Source of the DNA: a virus
Lineage: Duplodnaviria > Caudoviricetes
IMG/VR virus record: IMGVR_UViG_3300033153_009436
Coordinates: 1-52,428 of that record
DNA: 52,428 nt
Strand: one strand, 5' to 3'
The notes below the pieces were generated by a model, which worked only from the letters and a program-made list of their open reading frames with translations, was not told the origin of the DNA and made no database searches. Every line of letters begins with the position of its first letter. Within the stretch, counting starts at the first letter, position 1. Positions 18,958-28,137 of the stretch are shown in pieces. The translations under genes and the position numbers were made by a program.

Positions 18958-19353
18958 ATGGCAAGAAAAAAACCATTACCAGAATATCAAGGATATACAA
19001 AGTCTGAAACAGATTCAGTACCAGCATGGGAAGAACGTGAAGAATTATGGACTCCTAATAATGAATATCATCCTACACCTCTACCTGATTTTATTCAAGA
19101 TCCTAATGAAATTGGTCCTTCAACAGAAGAACAATTTAATTATAAAAATCAATTTAATCGATGGAATCAGGATAGTATTCCTGAGAGTATACCTATAATT
19201 GATCAAATAAAAAGGAGACACCTTCAACGCCAGAAAGGGCAAGACTTTTATATAAAAAGAGAAGGTGGTCAAATACTTGACTCTTTTAAGAGTGCAGCCA
19301 GATTTGATCAGAAGACTTATAAAAAGAATCCAGGTAGGAGAAGTAAAGGATAA
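18958..19353 (+). CDS. Hypothetical protein
   Basis: ORF track; part of the late + strand run. Confidence 0.7.
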   Translation: MARKKPLPEYQGYTKSETDSVPAWEEREELWTPNNEYHPTPLPDFIQDPNEIGPSTEEQFNYKNQFNRWNQDSIPESIPIIDQIKRRHLQRQKGQDFYIKREGGQILDSFKSAARFDQKTYKKNPGRRSKG

Positions 19354-19356
19354 GTT

Positions 19357-19524
19357 ATGCATGGAATTACAGATCTTGTAGGAATTACATTTCCAGGTAC
19401 GAAGGCACATAGAAGGAAAAGGCTTGAAAACATAGCTAAAAAGTGCAGTAAAGTATCTGGTTGTTCTGGTAGAGCACGAAGATTACAAGCAAGAAGTGCT
19501 AGAATAGCAAGGAGGGGATATTAA
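19357..19524 (+). CDS. Small highly basic protein (55 aa)
   Basis: Read by hand: MHGITDLVGITFPGTKAHRRKRLENIAKKCSKVSGCSGRARRLQARSARIARRGY; tightly packed with neighbours. Confidence 0.6.
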   Translation: MHGITDLVGITFPGTKAHRRKRLENIAKKCSKVSGCSGRARRLQARSARIARRGY

Positions 19525-19647
19525 ATGGGGTGTGGTTGCGGAAATAAGAAAAACACTTCTGGCAAACTGCTACCTCATTTGAGTGTGAATAAGAGAAAGA
19601 AAACCATGGCTAAGCCTAAAACAAATAAATATGGAAGAGTTAAATAA
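19525..19647 (+). CDS. Small basic protein starting MGCGCG (40 aa)
   Basis: Read by hand; ATG directly follows the upstream TAA. Confidence 0.6.
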   Translation: MGCGCGNKKNTSGKLLPHLSVNKRKKTMAKPKTNKYGRVK

Positions 19648-19756
19648 AGTAAAGTGTCAATGTGGACATACTGAGGATCCTGATGGAAATTGTGATGGTT
19701 CTCATGAAAAGCTAGTTAAAGATGGCAAAGCTAAGCAAGAAGACAAAAGCTGCTAG
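19631..19756 (+). CDS. Mini CDGSH iron-sulfur motif protein (41 aa)
   Basis: Read by hand: MEELNKVKCQCGHTEDPDGNCDGSHEKLVKDGKAKQEDKSC. Confidence 0.7.
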   Translation: MEELNKVKCQCGHTEDPDGNCDGSHEKLVKDGKAKQEDKSC

Positions 19757-20014
19757 GAAAAAGCCAGGGGGATCTAATGTAGGTACGTACAAAGACGTGA
19801 AGTCCTTTTGTGGTCCTGCAGGTGGAGCACCCGCTGGTTCTTTTCCCACTAATACTATTGAAAGAGGTAGGTCAGCTCTTAAATTAGCTCACAATGCCCT
19901 AATCCAGGAGGAATTAAGGCTTGTGTACTCAGGAAGTACCCTTCTTTAAGAAAGAAGAAGGATGGTGGAAGTGTACATGGTACCTTTGAGCCCAATGGAA
20001 TGGGATGGTTATAA
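19722..20014 (+). CDS. Basic hypothetical protein with an apparent single-base frameshift near 19898
   Basis: The called ORF ends at 19949. Restoring one C in GCCC gives AHNAPNPGGIKACVLRKYPSLRKKKDGG...GWL, ending at 20014 just before the next ATG. Confidence 0.6.
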
Positions 20015-20020
20015 AAGACT

Positions 20021-20149
20021 ATGAGTTGTAAAGAATGTAATAAAAAGAAAAAGGGAGTTTCACATAAACTGCTACCTTATCTAACTGATAAGAAAAAGAT
20101 TGATCCTATAATGGAAGCTTGGAGAATTAAATATGAAATAACAAAGTAA
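20021..20149 (+). CDS. Small basic CxxC protein (42 aa)
   Basis: Read by hand: MSCKECNKKKKGVSHKLLPYLTDKKKIDPIMEAWRIKYEITK. Confidence 0.6.
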   Translation: MSCKECNKKKKGVSHKLLPYLTDKKKIDPIMEAWRIKYEITK

Positions 20150-20151
20150 CC

Positions 20152-20595
20152 ATGGCATTACCAATAATAGCTAAAATATTTGGAGGTCTTTTAGGTAAGG
20201 CTGACAAGATCATTGATGATGTGGTCACTTCAGGTGAAGAGAAGTTGATATTAAAGAACCAGCTTGAAGAACTTCTAGCCAAGAGTGAACAGATTATTAA
20301 TCAAAATGTAACTGATAGGTGGAAGTCTGACATGGCTAGTGATAGCTGGCTCAGTAAGAATGTGAGACCAATGGTTCTTTTATTTCTGGTCTTCTGTACT
20401 GTCTTGATGGTTTTTATAGATGCGGGGAGTATTACATTCAATGTAGAGGATAAATGGGTTGACTTACTTCAATTAGTATTAATTACAGTAATTGGTGCAT
20501 ACTTTGGAGGCAGATCCATAGAGAAGGTGGGAAAGATTAAATCTTGGAGAGAAAAAAGAGCTGAGAGAAAGGCAGCAAAAAACTTAGATGATTAG
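20152..20595 (+). CDS. Holin (3TM holin, GTA-type/DUF3154-like)
   Basis: RWKSDMASDSWLSKNVRP...GAYFGGRSIEK signature with two clear TM helices. Confidence 0.85.
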   Translation: MALPIIAKIFGGLLGKADKIIDDVVTSGEEKLILKNQLEELLAKSEQIINQNVTDRWKSDMASDSWLSKNVRPMVLLFLVFCTVLMVFIDAGSITFNVEDKWVDLLQLVLITVIGAYFGGRSIEKVGKIKSWREKRAERKAAKNLDD

Positions 20596-20702
20596 ATGCT
20601 TAGGATCTCTTCTTTATAATACAGCATTAGTTACAATCACATTTGCACTCCTTCCTTTTCTAATAGTAATTGCTACTATAGGTGTTATTCTTAAATCAAA
20701 AT

Positions 20703-20735
20703 AGAAGGCTCCCGTATTGCTACGGGATACCTTCT
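20703..20735. terminator. Strong hairpin, probable terminator at the convergence of the + and - blocks
   Basis: On the - strand: AGAAGG..TCCCGTA-GCAA-TACGGGA-GCCTTCT followed by ATTTT. Confidence 0.65.
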
Positions 20736-20825
20736 TATTAAGAACTAATAAATACCATGCTTTATTAGGCTGAAAAACCCTGACGGGACATGATATCACT
20801 CATAGTGGAGCATTAACCATACCCA

Positions 20826-21083
20826 TCATATTTCCTTGTATAGAAGATTTTCAAGTTGTTCTATAATATCATATCTATTAGTGGAATCCTCCATTATATT
20901 GTAGATCTTTTTGGCAAGTTCTTTTATATATTCTGATTTATAATCTTCTTCTAATCTTTCATCTTTTTCAATTGCATCAATTACTTCTTTCATATCATCT
21001 ACTGTACTATTCTTTATAGTATTTAACACAATATGCAATCTTTTTTTATACATTGTCTCATAAAACTTTACATTTTCATCCAT
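20826..21083 (-). CDS. Hypothetical protein
   Basis: ORF track. Confidence 0.6.
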   Translation of the reverse strand: MDENVKFYETMYKKRLHIVLNTIKNSTVDDMKEVIDAIEKDERLEEDYKSEYIKELAKKIYNIMEDSTNRYDIIEQLENLLYKEI

Positions 21084-21228
21084 TTTTATTATTTGAGTTA
21101 ACTATCAAAATTTGATACTTTTTCTGGGTAAAAGAGAGAAGAATTTACCCTCTTATTGCTAAAAGGGTAGACTCAAACTCATTTATACATAATAAAGTAA
21201 ACCGCACATATTTTGCGGTATGTAGACT

Positions 21229-22290
21229 TTAAATTTCAAAGCCATCTTGGTCCTCAAAATCTAATTCTTCATCTTCAGGTGTAGAAAAGACTGTCTCATT
21301 AGCATTGTCTTTTTTGGTACTATAAAATGGTTTTTCCTGAGAAGATTCTTCAACTCCAGTGTGCACCCTATGTGCATGTTGGTTTTCAGTTGAAGATTCA
21401 GAGGGTATAGGTTCTGACTCAGTATCATTTATATTAATATCCTCTATCACGGGGCTATCCGTACTACTTTGTGATGATTCTGACTCAGTCAATACATCAT
21501 CAGGATTTGTGGTATCTTGTTGATTAACACCCATCTTCCCAAGAACATCCGCCACTATAAAGTCATGAAACTTCTGTTGGTCACTTAACCAGGTCCTGGG
21601 ATGAGACTTCTTAAATGCATGCGTCACATGATTGTAAAAAGCCCAAGCATTATCTTGATCAGCCTTATAATCATAAGAAGCTTCATTCATTTCAGACTTA
21701 ATACATGACATCTGTGTTACATCTAGAACTTTTTCATCAAAAAATAGTCGTCCCAGCAACTCTGATTGCTCTTGAATAGACAGGTCAATTGTTCTGAGAG
21801 AGTTCTTATCAGTAACAAGATTCTTAAAGAACTTGTGTGCATGCTTAATTTGTGATGAAATTTGTGATTTTACTTCACTATCTGCAGATCCTGTGTGTTT
21901 TCTAGCAAAGTTTGCCATATCGCCACATACCATTCCATTACTGCAGCACATAACATATCCTCCTACAGCACATTGAAATCTTGTGCTCTTATCATAAGAG
22001 TTTGTCCATGCAAACATCATTCCCAGGTCTTCTTCCTCCTGAACTTCAGGTGAATATAAATTAAATACCTGCGGTATTGCTTTGATGTGATATATACCCT
22101 GAGCTACTTGGGCGTTCATATTGGCTCTATAAAGTACTTTCTCTATCATGAAGCCATTTGCCTTTAATAAGTCTTCTGTGTGACTTATTACGTCTTTATG
22201 AGGTATTACAGTGTAAGTATCCCCATGTTTTGGTAACGGACTGGTTTCTAAAAAGTATTTAGTTGTTTCTGTTGGTCTTGTGTATCCCAT
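21229..22290 (-). CDS. DUF932/DUF945-like phage protein with acidic C-terminal tail
   Basis: NSYDKS...VMCCSNGM...RKHTG...NAWAFYNHVT pattern. Confidence 0.75.
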   Translation of the reverse strand: MGYTRPTETTKYFLETSPLPKHGDTYTVIPHKDVISHTEDLLKANGFMIEKVLYRANMNAQVAQGIYHIKAIPQVFNLYSPEVQEEEDLGMMFAWTNSYDKSTRFQCAVGGYVMCCSNGMVCGDMANFARKHTGSADSEVKSQISSQIKHAHKFFKNLVTDKNSLRTIDLSIQEQSELLGRLFFDEKVLDVTQMSCIKSEMNEASYDYKADQDNAWAFYNHVTHAFKKSHPRTWLSDQQKFHDFIVADVLGKMGVNQQDTTNPDDVLTESESSQSSTDSPVIEDININDTESEPIPSESSTENQHAHRVHTGVEESSQEKPFYSTKKDNANETVFSTPEDEELDFEDQDGFEI

Positions 22291-22309
22291 TTTTTGTTGG
22301 TTTTAATTA

Positions 22310-22507
22310 TTAATATCCACTCATTTTTAAATAGCTAATTAAATACTTAGCGTATACAATATCAAAAGTCTCTCCGTTATATCTGAAAGATCTTTCTTCA
22401 GAGTCTGTTGCTTTTGCATATGCATCTCTGAATTCCACAGCTTCCTCTTTAGAGAAGAATGTAGTTTTTCTATGTAAATCATTTATTTCTTTTTTAGGTT
22501 CATCCAT
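22310..22507 (-). CDS. Hypothetical protein
   Basis: ORF track; start overlaps the polymerase stop. Confidence 0.7.
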   Translation of the reverse strand: MDEPKKEINDLHRKTTFFSKEEAVEFRDAYAKATDSEERSFRYNGETFDIVYAKYLISYLKMSGY

Positions 22508-24495
22508 TAAAATAATTTTAATTGATTTGATTCAGCCATAATATTACTAATCTCCTTTTCAATGGCTTGTATATAATATCTATTATCAATATCATATGCA
22601 CTCCATCTCACATAAAGTTTCATTTTATTATAAACTGTTTGTAACCATTGTCCAGATTCAAGTTGAATTTCTCTTTTATCATCAGAGTTTACTTTGATGA
22701 TCTTAGATCCTTTATTAGATATATAGTATCTATTAATTTTCTGAAGATTGTCTTCTACTTGATGATCTACATCAATATATCTAGATATTTGTTGCCATTT
22801 ACCCTTACTTTTTCCTCCTATACAAAAATCAAGAATATTTTTATTAGATTCTATATAGTCAGAAGGGAGCATTCCTTTAACAAAGTAAGCATAAATTCCT
22901 TTAGGAATTACAAGTTTTGACTTATTTTTATGCAACATTAAGTTGTTGAATTCAAACCGTCCCTTACATTTTGTTTTACCATAAAAGAACTTATTACCTT
23001 TTACTATGAACACGTAGTGAGGATTTTTAGCTTTAATATCTCGCCATAAACCCATTTCTACCTCTTTATAATCATGAATTGCAATATAATTATTTACATC
23101 AGCAAGTATGATTTTTTGATATTGATCATGATCAAGTTCTAAATTTGTAAGACTTTCCCATTTTTTACACACATCTCTATATGTTTCAATAGAATTTCTA
23201 GGTATACGTGTCTCAATACCATCAGTGTTCTGCAATAAACCCTGGGCTTCTGGAATTGCTTCCATGATCATCTCATAAAGCATCATTAAGCTTAGTTGCC
23301 CATTAACAGTGACACGCATTGTATACTCAGGATCATAAAAGAAAGATTTATCCTCATTACTAAGGCCATAAACACAATTAAGTGCAATCTTATAAACATA
23401 GTTCATAGGATTACTCTTTGGTATCTTAATTCTTTCATTATAGAACCATTGATACAGATCACAAAATTCTTTTTTGGGTAAGTGAGCTGGGGACCATTCA
23501 TTCTTTATAGCTAAATTTGGATAAAAACTTTTAACATCTGAGCTCATTATAACCCATTCATCATCTGCTTCATATACTCCTGAAGTAATGGCTCCGTGAG
23601 CTCCACCTAATCCAAAGTTAGTTTTCATACCTCTATAATTAACAGAATATTTGAAAACTCCTTTTAATTGTGTAGGATCAAGTTCAACAGATTTGAATTT
23701 ATCCAAAAGTAAATTAAACTCTGGAGTATTAAATTCAATATAATCAAGAAGGATATTGTTTACTTTGATTACTTCTCTATATGTGCGTAAACTTTTAAGT
23801 TCTTTCTTGGAGATTCCAAGTTCCTTACTTAAATAATGTGCAAATATTTCCTTACTAATAGCTGGTTCTGAAGAAGAAAATAAATTGATCTTATATTTCT
23901 CCGTAAGTTCTTTACGCAATCCTATTTCAGACTTGGATCTATTATAAATTTCCTTAGTTGAGTCAACATCATTAATACAATACTGAATTATTGTTTTTAT
24001 TTCCTTTTTGGTCCCAATTTCAGTTTCATGATGTATTGGCATGTCCAGGATGTTATCCCAATCCATACTATACTGAATCCACTTTAGTGAAGATCTTTTA
24101 GCTGGATTATCCCAATGATTTAACTTAAACACATCTATCTGACCAATCTTCATCTCCCAGGGAGCATAATCTTGCCAAGATTGATTGTTACTTTTACTTA
24201 TACATTTTTGTGCATATGTATATATAGACTTTGCTATGTCCTCCGCTTTAAGAGAATTTAATGTTGTATAATTATCTAGTATATAGTGAGTGACTTGTGC
24301 ATCAAAGGCTAAACCATTATATGATATATGCCATTCTCTATACATTTCATTCTTTCTAAGAAATTCCATGAAAGCATCAAAGTCATTCTGTAGTTCATGT
24401 ATTACAAAAACTTCTTGCTCAGAGGTCTTGTAATGTTTAAATACTGCTACAAAACAATTGCTTAATGTTTCATAATCCATCACATAGTGGTTCAT
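22507..24495 (-). CDS. polB: DNA polymerase family B (crAss-like)
   Basis: Exonuclease motifs DYET, YNGLAFD, YCIND; polymerase motifs DVKSFYPN, KIALNCVYG, NTDG. Confidence 0.93.
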   Translation of the reverse strand: MNHYVMDYETLSNCFVAVFKHYKTSEQEVFVIHELQNDFDAFMEFLRKNEMYREWHISYNGLAFDAQVTHYILDNYTTLNSLKAEDIAKSIYTYAQKCISKSNNQSWQDYAPWEMKIGQIDVFKLNHWDNPAKRSSLKWIQYSMDWDNILDMPIHHETEIGTKKEIKTIIQYCINDVDSTKEIYNRSKSEIGLRKELTEKYKINLFSSSEPAISKEIFAHYLSKELGISKKELKSLRTYREVIKVNNILLDYIEFNTPEFNLLLDKFKSVELDPTQLKGVFKYSVNYRGMKTNFGLGGAHGAITSGVYEADDEWVIMSSDVKSFYPNLAIKNEWSPAHLPKKEFCDLYQWFYNERIKIPKSNPMNYVYKIALNCVYGLSNEDKSFFYDPEYTMRVTVNGQLSLMMLYEMIMEAIPEAQGLLQNTDGIETRIPRNSIETYRDVCKKWESLTNLELDHDQYQKIILADVNNYIAIHDYKEVEMGLWRDIKAKNPHYVFIVKGNKFFYGKTKCKGRFEFNNLMLHKNKSKLVIPKGIYAYFVKGMLPSDYIESNKNILDFCIGGKSKGKWQQISRYIDVDHQVEDNLQKINRYYISNKGSKIIKVNSDDKREIQLESGQWLQTVYNKMKLYVRWSAYDIDNRYYIQAIEKEISNIMAESNQLKLF

Positions 24496-24842
24496 ACATC
24501 TGAATTTAATTTTCTTATTTGTACACTTATTGGAACTCTTAGTCTAGGGTGTATAGTTTTTAATTTTACAAACCATTTTAAATATAATAAATCTTTGCAT
24601 TCTGCAATTTTCTCTCCCTTATACTTACCAAAAGGCATCTTAGTAAATACAGTACCATTATGTGTTGTCTTATTTCCATAAAGCACATCTCTAAATATAT
24701 ATTCTTTACCATTAGATGCTTTATAGCTTTTTTTGGAGAACAAACTCTTCTTTATATCCTGAAGAGTTATATTACATGTTTGACTTGCTAGTCTCATGCT
24801 TTCATATTGACATCCTGATATTAAATCTTTAACTGGTTTCAT
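24492..24842 (-). CDS. NUMOD1-like HTH fused to a DUF3820-like (MPFGKYKG) domain
   Basis: YESMRLASQTCNI and MPFGKYKGEKIAEC...YLKW motifs. Likely start MKPVK at 24842. Confidence 0.6.
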   Translation of the reverse strand: MKPVKDLISGCQYESMRLASQTCNITLQDIKKSLFSKKSYKASNGKEYIFRDVLYGNKTTHNGTVFTKMPFGKYKGEKIAECKDLLYLKWFVKLKTIHPRLRVPISVQIRKLNSDV

Positions 24843-24859
24843 AATTTCTAATTTTAGGC

Positions 24860-24888
24860 AAAAAAAAAGGGACACATTAGCATCCCTT
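24860..24888 (-). terminator. Intrinsic terminator
   Basis: AAGGGA...TCCCTT stem with a long T tract on the - strand. Confidence 0.55.
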
Positions 24889-24931
24889 CCTCTTTACATA
24901 TAAATAAATTAGCCGTATGGCTAATGCTTTC

Positions 24932-25369
24932 TTATACTTTAGCCAATGACTCTTGCATAATAATTTTTGATTCTGGTTTTTCTGGAGCTGCTTTTAAGAA
25001 AGGTTTAAATTTGAATTCTGATGCATTTACTGCAAAAGTATTTATGAAATTTACAATTTCTTTCTCTTCAGATATATAGAATTCAGAGAATGTATCAACC
25101 ATAACTCTTTGTTCTTTAATTGTTTTACCACTTTCACGTCTTGCTATTTTTAATCTTGCTGGATCTCCATTATCATCTATTTTTGGAACCATATGATATG
25201 ATCCTTTCATTGTTTTTGTAATTACTGCTAATATCTTTGACTGTGGGTCAAATAAGCATTCTACATATGGACATTCAGGTGTTGCTGGAACAAGAGTAAA
25301 TGTTTTTTCATTCCTAAAACTTGAGGTAATCATGATCATATTCTGACCAAGTGAATTTTTTGCATTCAT
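24932..25369 (-). CDS. Conserved phage replication-region protein
   Basis: ORF track; CPYVECLFDP motif recalled from related phages. Confidence 0.7.
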   Translation of the reverse strand: MNAKNSLGQNMIMITSSFRNEKTFTLVPATPECPYVECLFDPQSKILAVITKTMKGSYHMVPKIDDNGDPARLKIARRESGKTIKEQRVMVDTFSEFYISEEKEIVNFINTFAVNASEFKFKPFLKAAPEKPESKIIMQESLAKV

Positions 25370-25393
25370 GAAAAGTTATTTTTATTTGTTAGA

Positions 25394-25963
25394 TTACAAA
25401 GATAAAGAATTATTTTTAAATAAATCAAGTTCATTCACACTTATTTTTAGATTCTCTTTATCTAGATCAGGTTTGCTGCATAATTCATATACTTGTTCTA
25501 TTGTATTTAATGGAACTCCCAAATGTTCAGCATATAATTCATGAAATCCTTCTGGATTTATATAACTTTGGATATAATCAGCAATAGTACCCACATCTCC
25601 AAAAAAGTTTGAGATTTTTTCTTTAGTTTTAAGTGTAAACTTAGAGTATTTACCTAGTATAAACATATCAAGATCATGTTTAAACTTAGAATAATCATAA
25701 ACATAAAGATGAAGATCTTCTTCTGGTTTGTAATATTCTTCAAATAGTTTATTCTTTGTTAAATAAACTTGTTCAAACCTTTTGAACTTTTCATCATCTT
25801 TTGCAGAGTAAAGACATATAAATTTACAATCTTTTATATGGTATTTATCATCCCAAGATAAATATGTTTCAATAGGCACATATTGAACACCTTTTCTTAT
25901 TTGCAGCAAGGGGTATAGAAAAACCTTGCTCTTTTGAAAATATTCTGCATATACTTGCTTCAT
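25394..25963 (-). CDS. Hypothetical protein next to the exonuclease
   Basis: ORF track; KSKVFLYPLL and GKYSK motifs. Confidence 0.7.
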   Translation of the reverse strand: MKQVYAEYFQKSKVFLYPLLQIRKGVQYVPIETYLSWDDKYHIKDCKFICLYSAKDDEKFKRFEQVYLTKNKLFEEYYKPEEDLHLYVYDYSKFKHDLDMFILGKYSKFTLKTKEKISNFFGDVGTIADYIQSYINPEGFHELYAEHLGVPLNTIEQVYELCSKPDLDKENLKISVNELDLFKNNSLSL

Positions 25964-25964
25964 G

Positions 25965-26951
25965 TTATAATTCTACTGTATCAACTAAAAATTCATAAGG
26001 AAGTGTATAATTTCTTTCTTTATAATGATGTTCTGCACATTTTAGAACACCCACCATTCCTGTAGCCCATGAACTCAGTGTTTTTTCTGATACGGGAAAT
26101 GGATACACTTGGTTATATTTATCTATTACAACAAAGGTAAATAAAATTTTATAATTTTCTCTTTTTGCTACAATATGATTATTAAGAGCTAATGTAATAT
26201 AAATAGAAGCTTGTAACCAATAATTATAAAAGTCTATTGATTCAGAGAAATCAGATATTGTCTTTGATGTTGTTTTAAGATCAACAATATGAAGCACTTT
26301 TTTATCATGATCTATAGTATAATAATCAACTATACCTTTAAGTCCAAAATCATAATTTTGAAGTTTACACTCAAGTGGTTTTTCTTTAAAAACCTCTAAA
26401 GTGTCTAATTCAAAATCAGTTGCACCTGTATTAAATAGTTCCATTACCCCCGGATTTTGCTTTATGATATTAGCTTGATCCTGACATCTTAAGAGAGTAT
26501 CATTGTCTATAATGTCCTTTCCTGTAGTACAAATGAACTCATAATAATCTTCACTATCAGTAGTTTTAATTTTTGCCACTCTTTGTTCATCTGTTTTTAA
26601 ACTCTGATAAAGATTTTGTTCCTTTAATGAATCAAGAATTACAAAATCTTCTACATCAGCAAGAAGTGGAGTATCTGTGTGTAAAGTGAGACTCTTAAGA
26701 ACTTTTTTAACATTCTCAGATGGGATCTTCCCAGGTACTGTAGAGAATAGAACGTTTATATTCTCTGGCTGAAACACTAAGCAGTGCACTAACTTACCTT
26801 CAATAAGGTGTTTATCTGTTTTAACCTCTCTGTCTTTAAGTATATAGTCCTTATAGAATAAGGATGGTGAAAATAATAACCTATTCAATGAAGAATAGCT
26901 AAAATTAAATGGCTTGGAATAAAACTCTTCTTCTTTTTGTTTATTAATCAT
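25965..26951 (-). CDS. PD-(D/E)XK exonuclease (Exo VIII/RecB-like)
   Basis: FSYSSL, GKLVHC, LKGIVD, VDLKT, QASIY motifs. Confidence 0.85.
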   Translation of the reverse strand: MINKQKEEEFYSKPFNFSYSSLNRLLFSPSLFYKDYILKDREVKTDKHLIEGKLVHCLVFQPENINVLFSTVPGKIPSENVKKVLKSLTLHTDTPLLADVEDFVILDSLKEQNLYQSLKTDEQRVAKIKTTDSEDYYEFICTTGKDIIDNDTLLRCQDQANIIKQNPGVMELFNTGATDFELDTLEVFKEKPLECKLQNYDFGLKGIVDYYTIDHDKKVLHIVDLKTTSKTISDFSESIDFYNYWLQASIYITLALNNHIVAKRENYKILFTFVVIDKYNQVYPFPVSEKTLSSWATGMVGVLKCAEHHYKERNYTLPYEFLVDTVEL

Positions 26952-27041
26952 TTTTGATTTATTTTAATTACTACATATATAAGAATTATAAGTGCAAATG
27001 CCCAAGCAAATACTACTATCTCTATCATCTTTGTTTTGGTT

Positions 27042-28112
27042 TTATTTATCTAATCTAACTCCTACACATACAGGAAATCTAGGTATTCCATCATCACTAT
27101 ATTCAAAGAACCTAATTTCTGCAGTCTCACCACAATAATCAGATGCATTAATAAGTATATCTTCCCTTTCTTTATGAGAGAATTTCATTCCACAGCCAAA
27201 TTCAACACCATTGTATGAACATATAAATTGTCCTTGTTCAGGTCTTTTTGTAGAAGGTACAACATCTACAATAGTACATGCCAGGTCCTGGAAGTCTTTA
27301 TACTTAAGTAAGTTGCTGCTCCTGCTCTTAGGTTTATATCCAGCATCTCCCCATCTCACAATTGTTCCTTCATATCCCATTTTCAATGCTTTACCGTGCA
27401 GTGTCTTGAGCTCCTTCTCATCTTTAATAGTTATAGTTGGTACTAGCTCAATGTATTTAAAAGGAACAACAGAAAACATCTCTATTAAATTATTTAATAC
27501 AACCAGTCTCTGTTCAAAAGACATATCAGGATCAGCATAATCATAGATATGATACTTAACGTCTTCAGTTTCCCCTGGTCTATACTTCTTAATAAGTCTC
27601 ATGTTTTCTTGAAAAGTCTTTCCATGAGCATACAATTCACCGTCCAATGGTGCATTTAGCTCAAATTTATTTAGTTCTTCAAGTATATGATCCATATTAA
27701 GAATGGCCTTCCCTTTTCTTGATACAAATTTATCAGTATATCCTAATGCTCTCATTCCATCTAACTTAGGCTGTGCATAACACGGATATTCCACCTTATG
27801 AGATTCCTTATCATAACTCTTTGCTAACATAGGTAATATAACATCAAATGCTTTAGCATCTTCTACAGAGTCAAAGTACCCTGTGCTCATCTTATTATCT
27901 ATTTTACTTTTAGCTTCTGCCAAAGCCTGCTCTATTGCAGTTGTTGCATTAGCTTTACCAACATTCTTAGCTATACATGTACTTTGATGCTTAACTAATT
28001 GTCCCTCTAATAGACCAGATTCTTGTATAAGATCTGCTCCTTTAGTATATACATGTAATACACGGACTCTTCCTTTAGAGTCCAGTTTATAAATCTTTTT
28101 TGAATAATTCAT
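27042..28112 (-). CDS. ATP-dependent DNA ligase
   Basis: PMLA, QPKLDGMR, LDGELY, EGTIVR, LLKYK, PRFP motifs. Confidence 0.93.
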   Translation of the reverse strand: MNYSKKIYKLDSKGRVRVLHVYTKGADLIQESGLLEGQLVKHQSTCIAKNVGKANATTAIEQALAEAKSKIDNKMSTGYFDSVEDAKAFDVILPMLAKSYDKESHKVEYPCYAQPKLDGMRALGYTDKFVSRKGKAILNMDHILEELNKFELNAPLDGELYAHGKTFQENMRLIKKYRPGETEDVKYHIYDYADPDMSFEQRLVVLNNLIEMFSVVPFKYIELVPTITIKDEKELKTLHGKALKMGYEGTIVRWGDAGYKPKSRSSNLLKYKDFQDLACTIVDVVPSTKRPEQGQFICSYNGVEFGCGMKFSHKEREDILINASDYCGETAEIRFFEYSDDGIPRFPVCVGVRLDK

Positions 28113-28137
28113 TGGTTTTAAATTTAATTGTTAAAAA

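Noticed and set aside
15404-20595. Complete lysis cassette
   Set aside because: A holin and spanin-like genes are present, but no endolysin motif is recognisable in this window.
20614-20826. 61-aa - strand ORF with a possible TGA readthrough from an upstream ATG at 20826
   Set aside because: It runs through a strong terminator-like hairpin and has no recognisable protein character; probably spurious.
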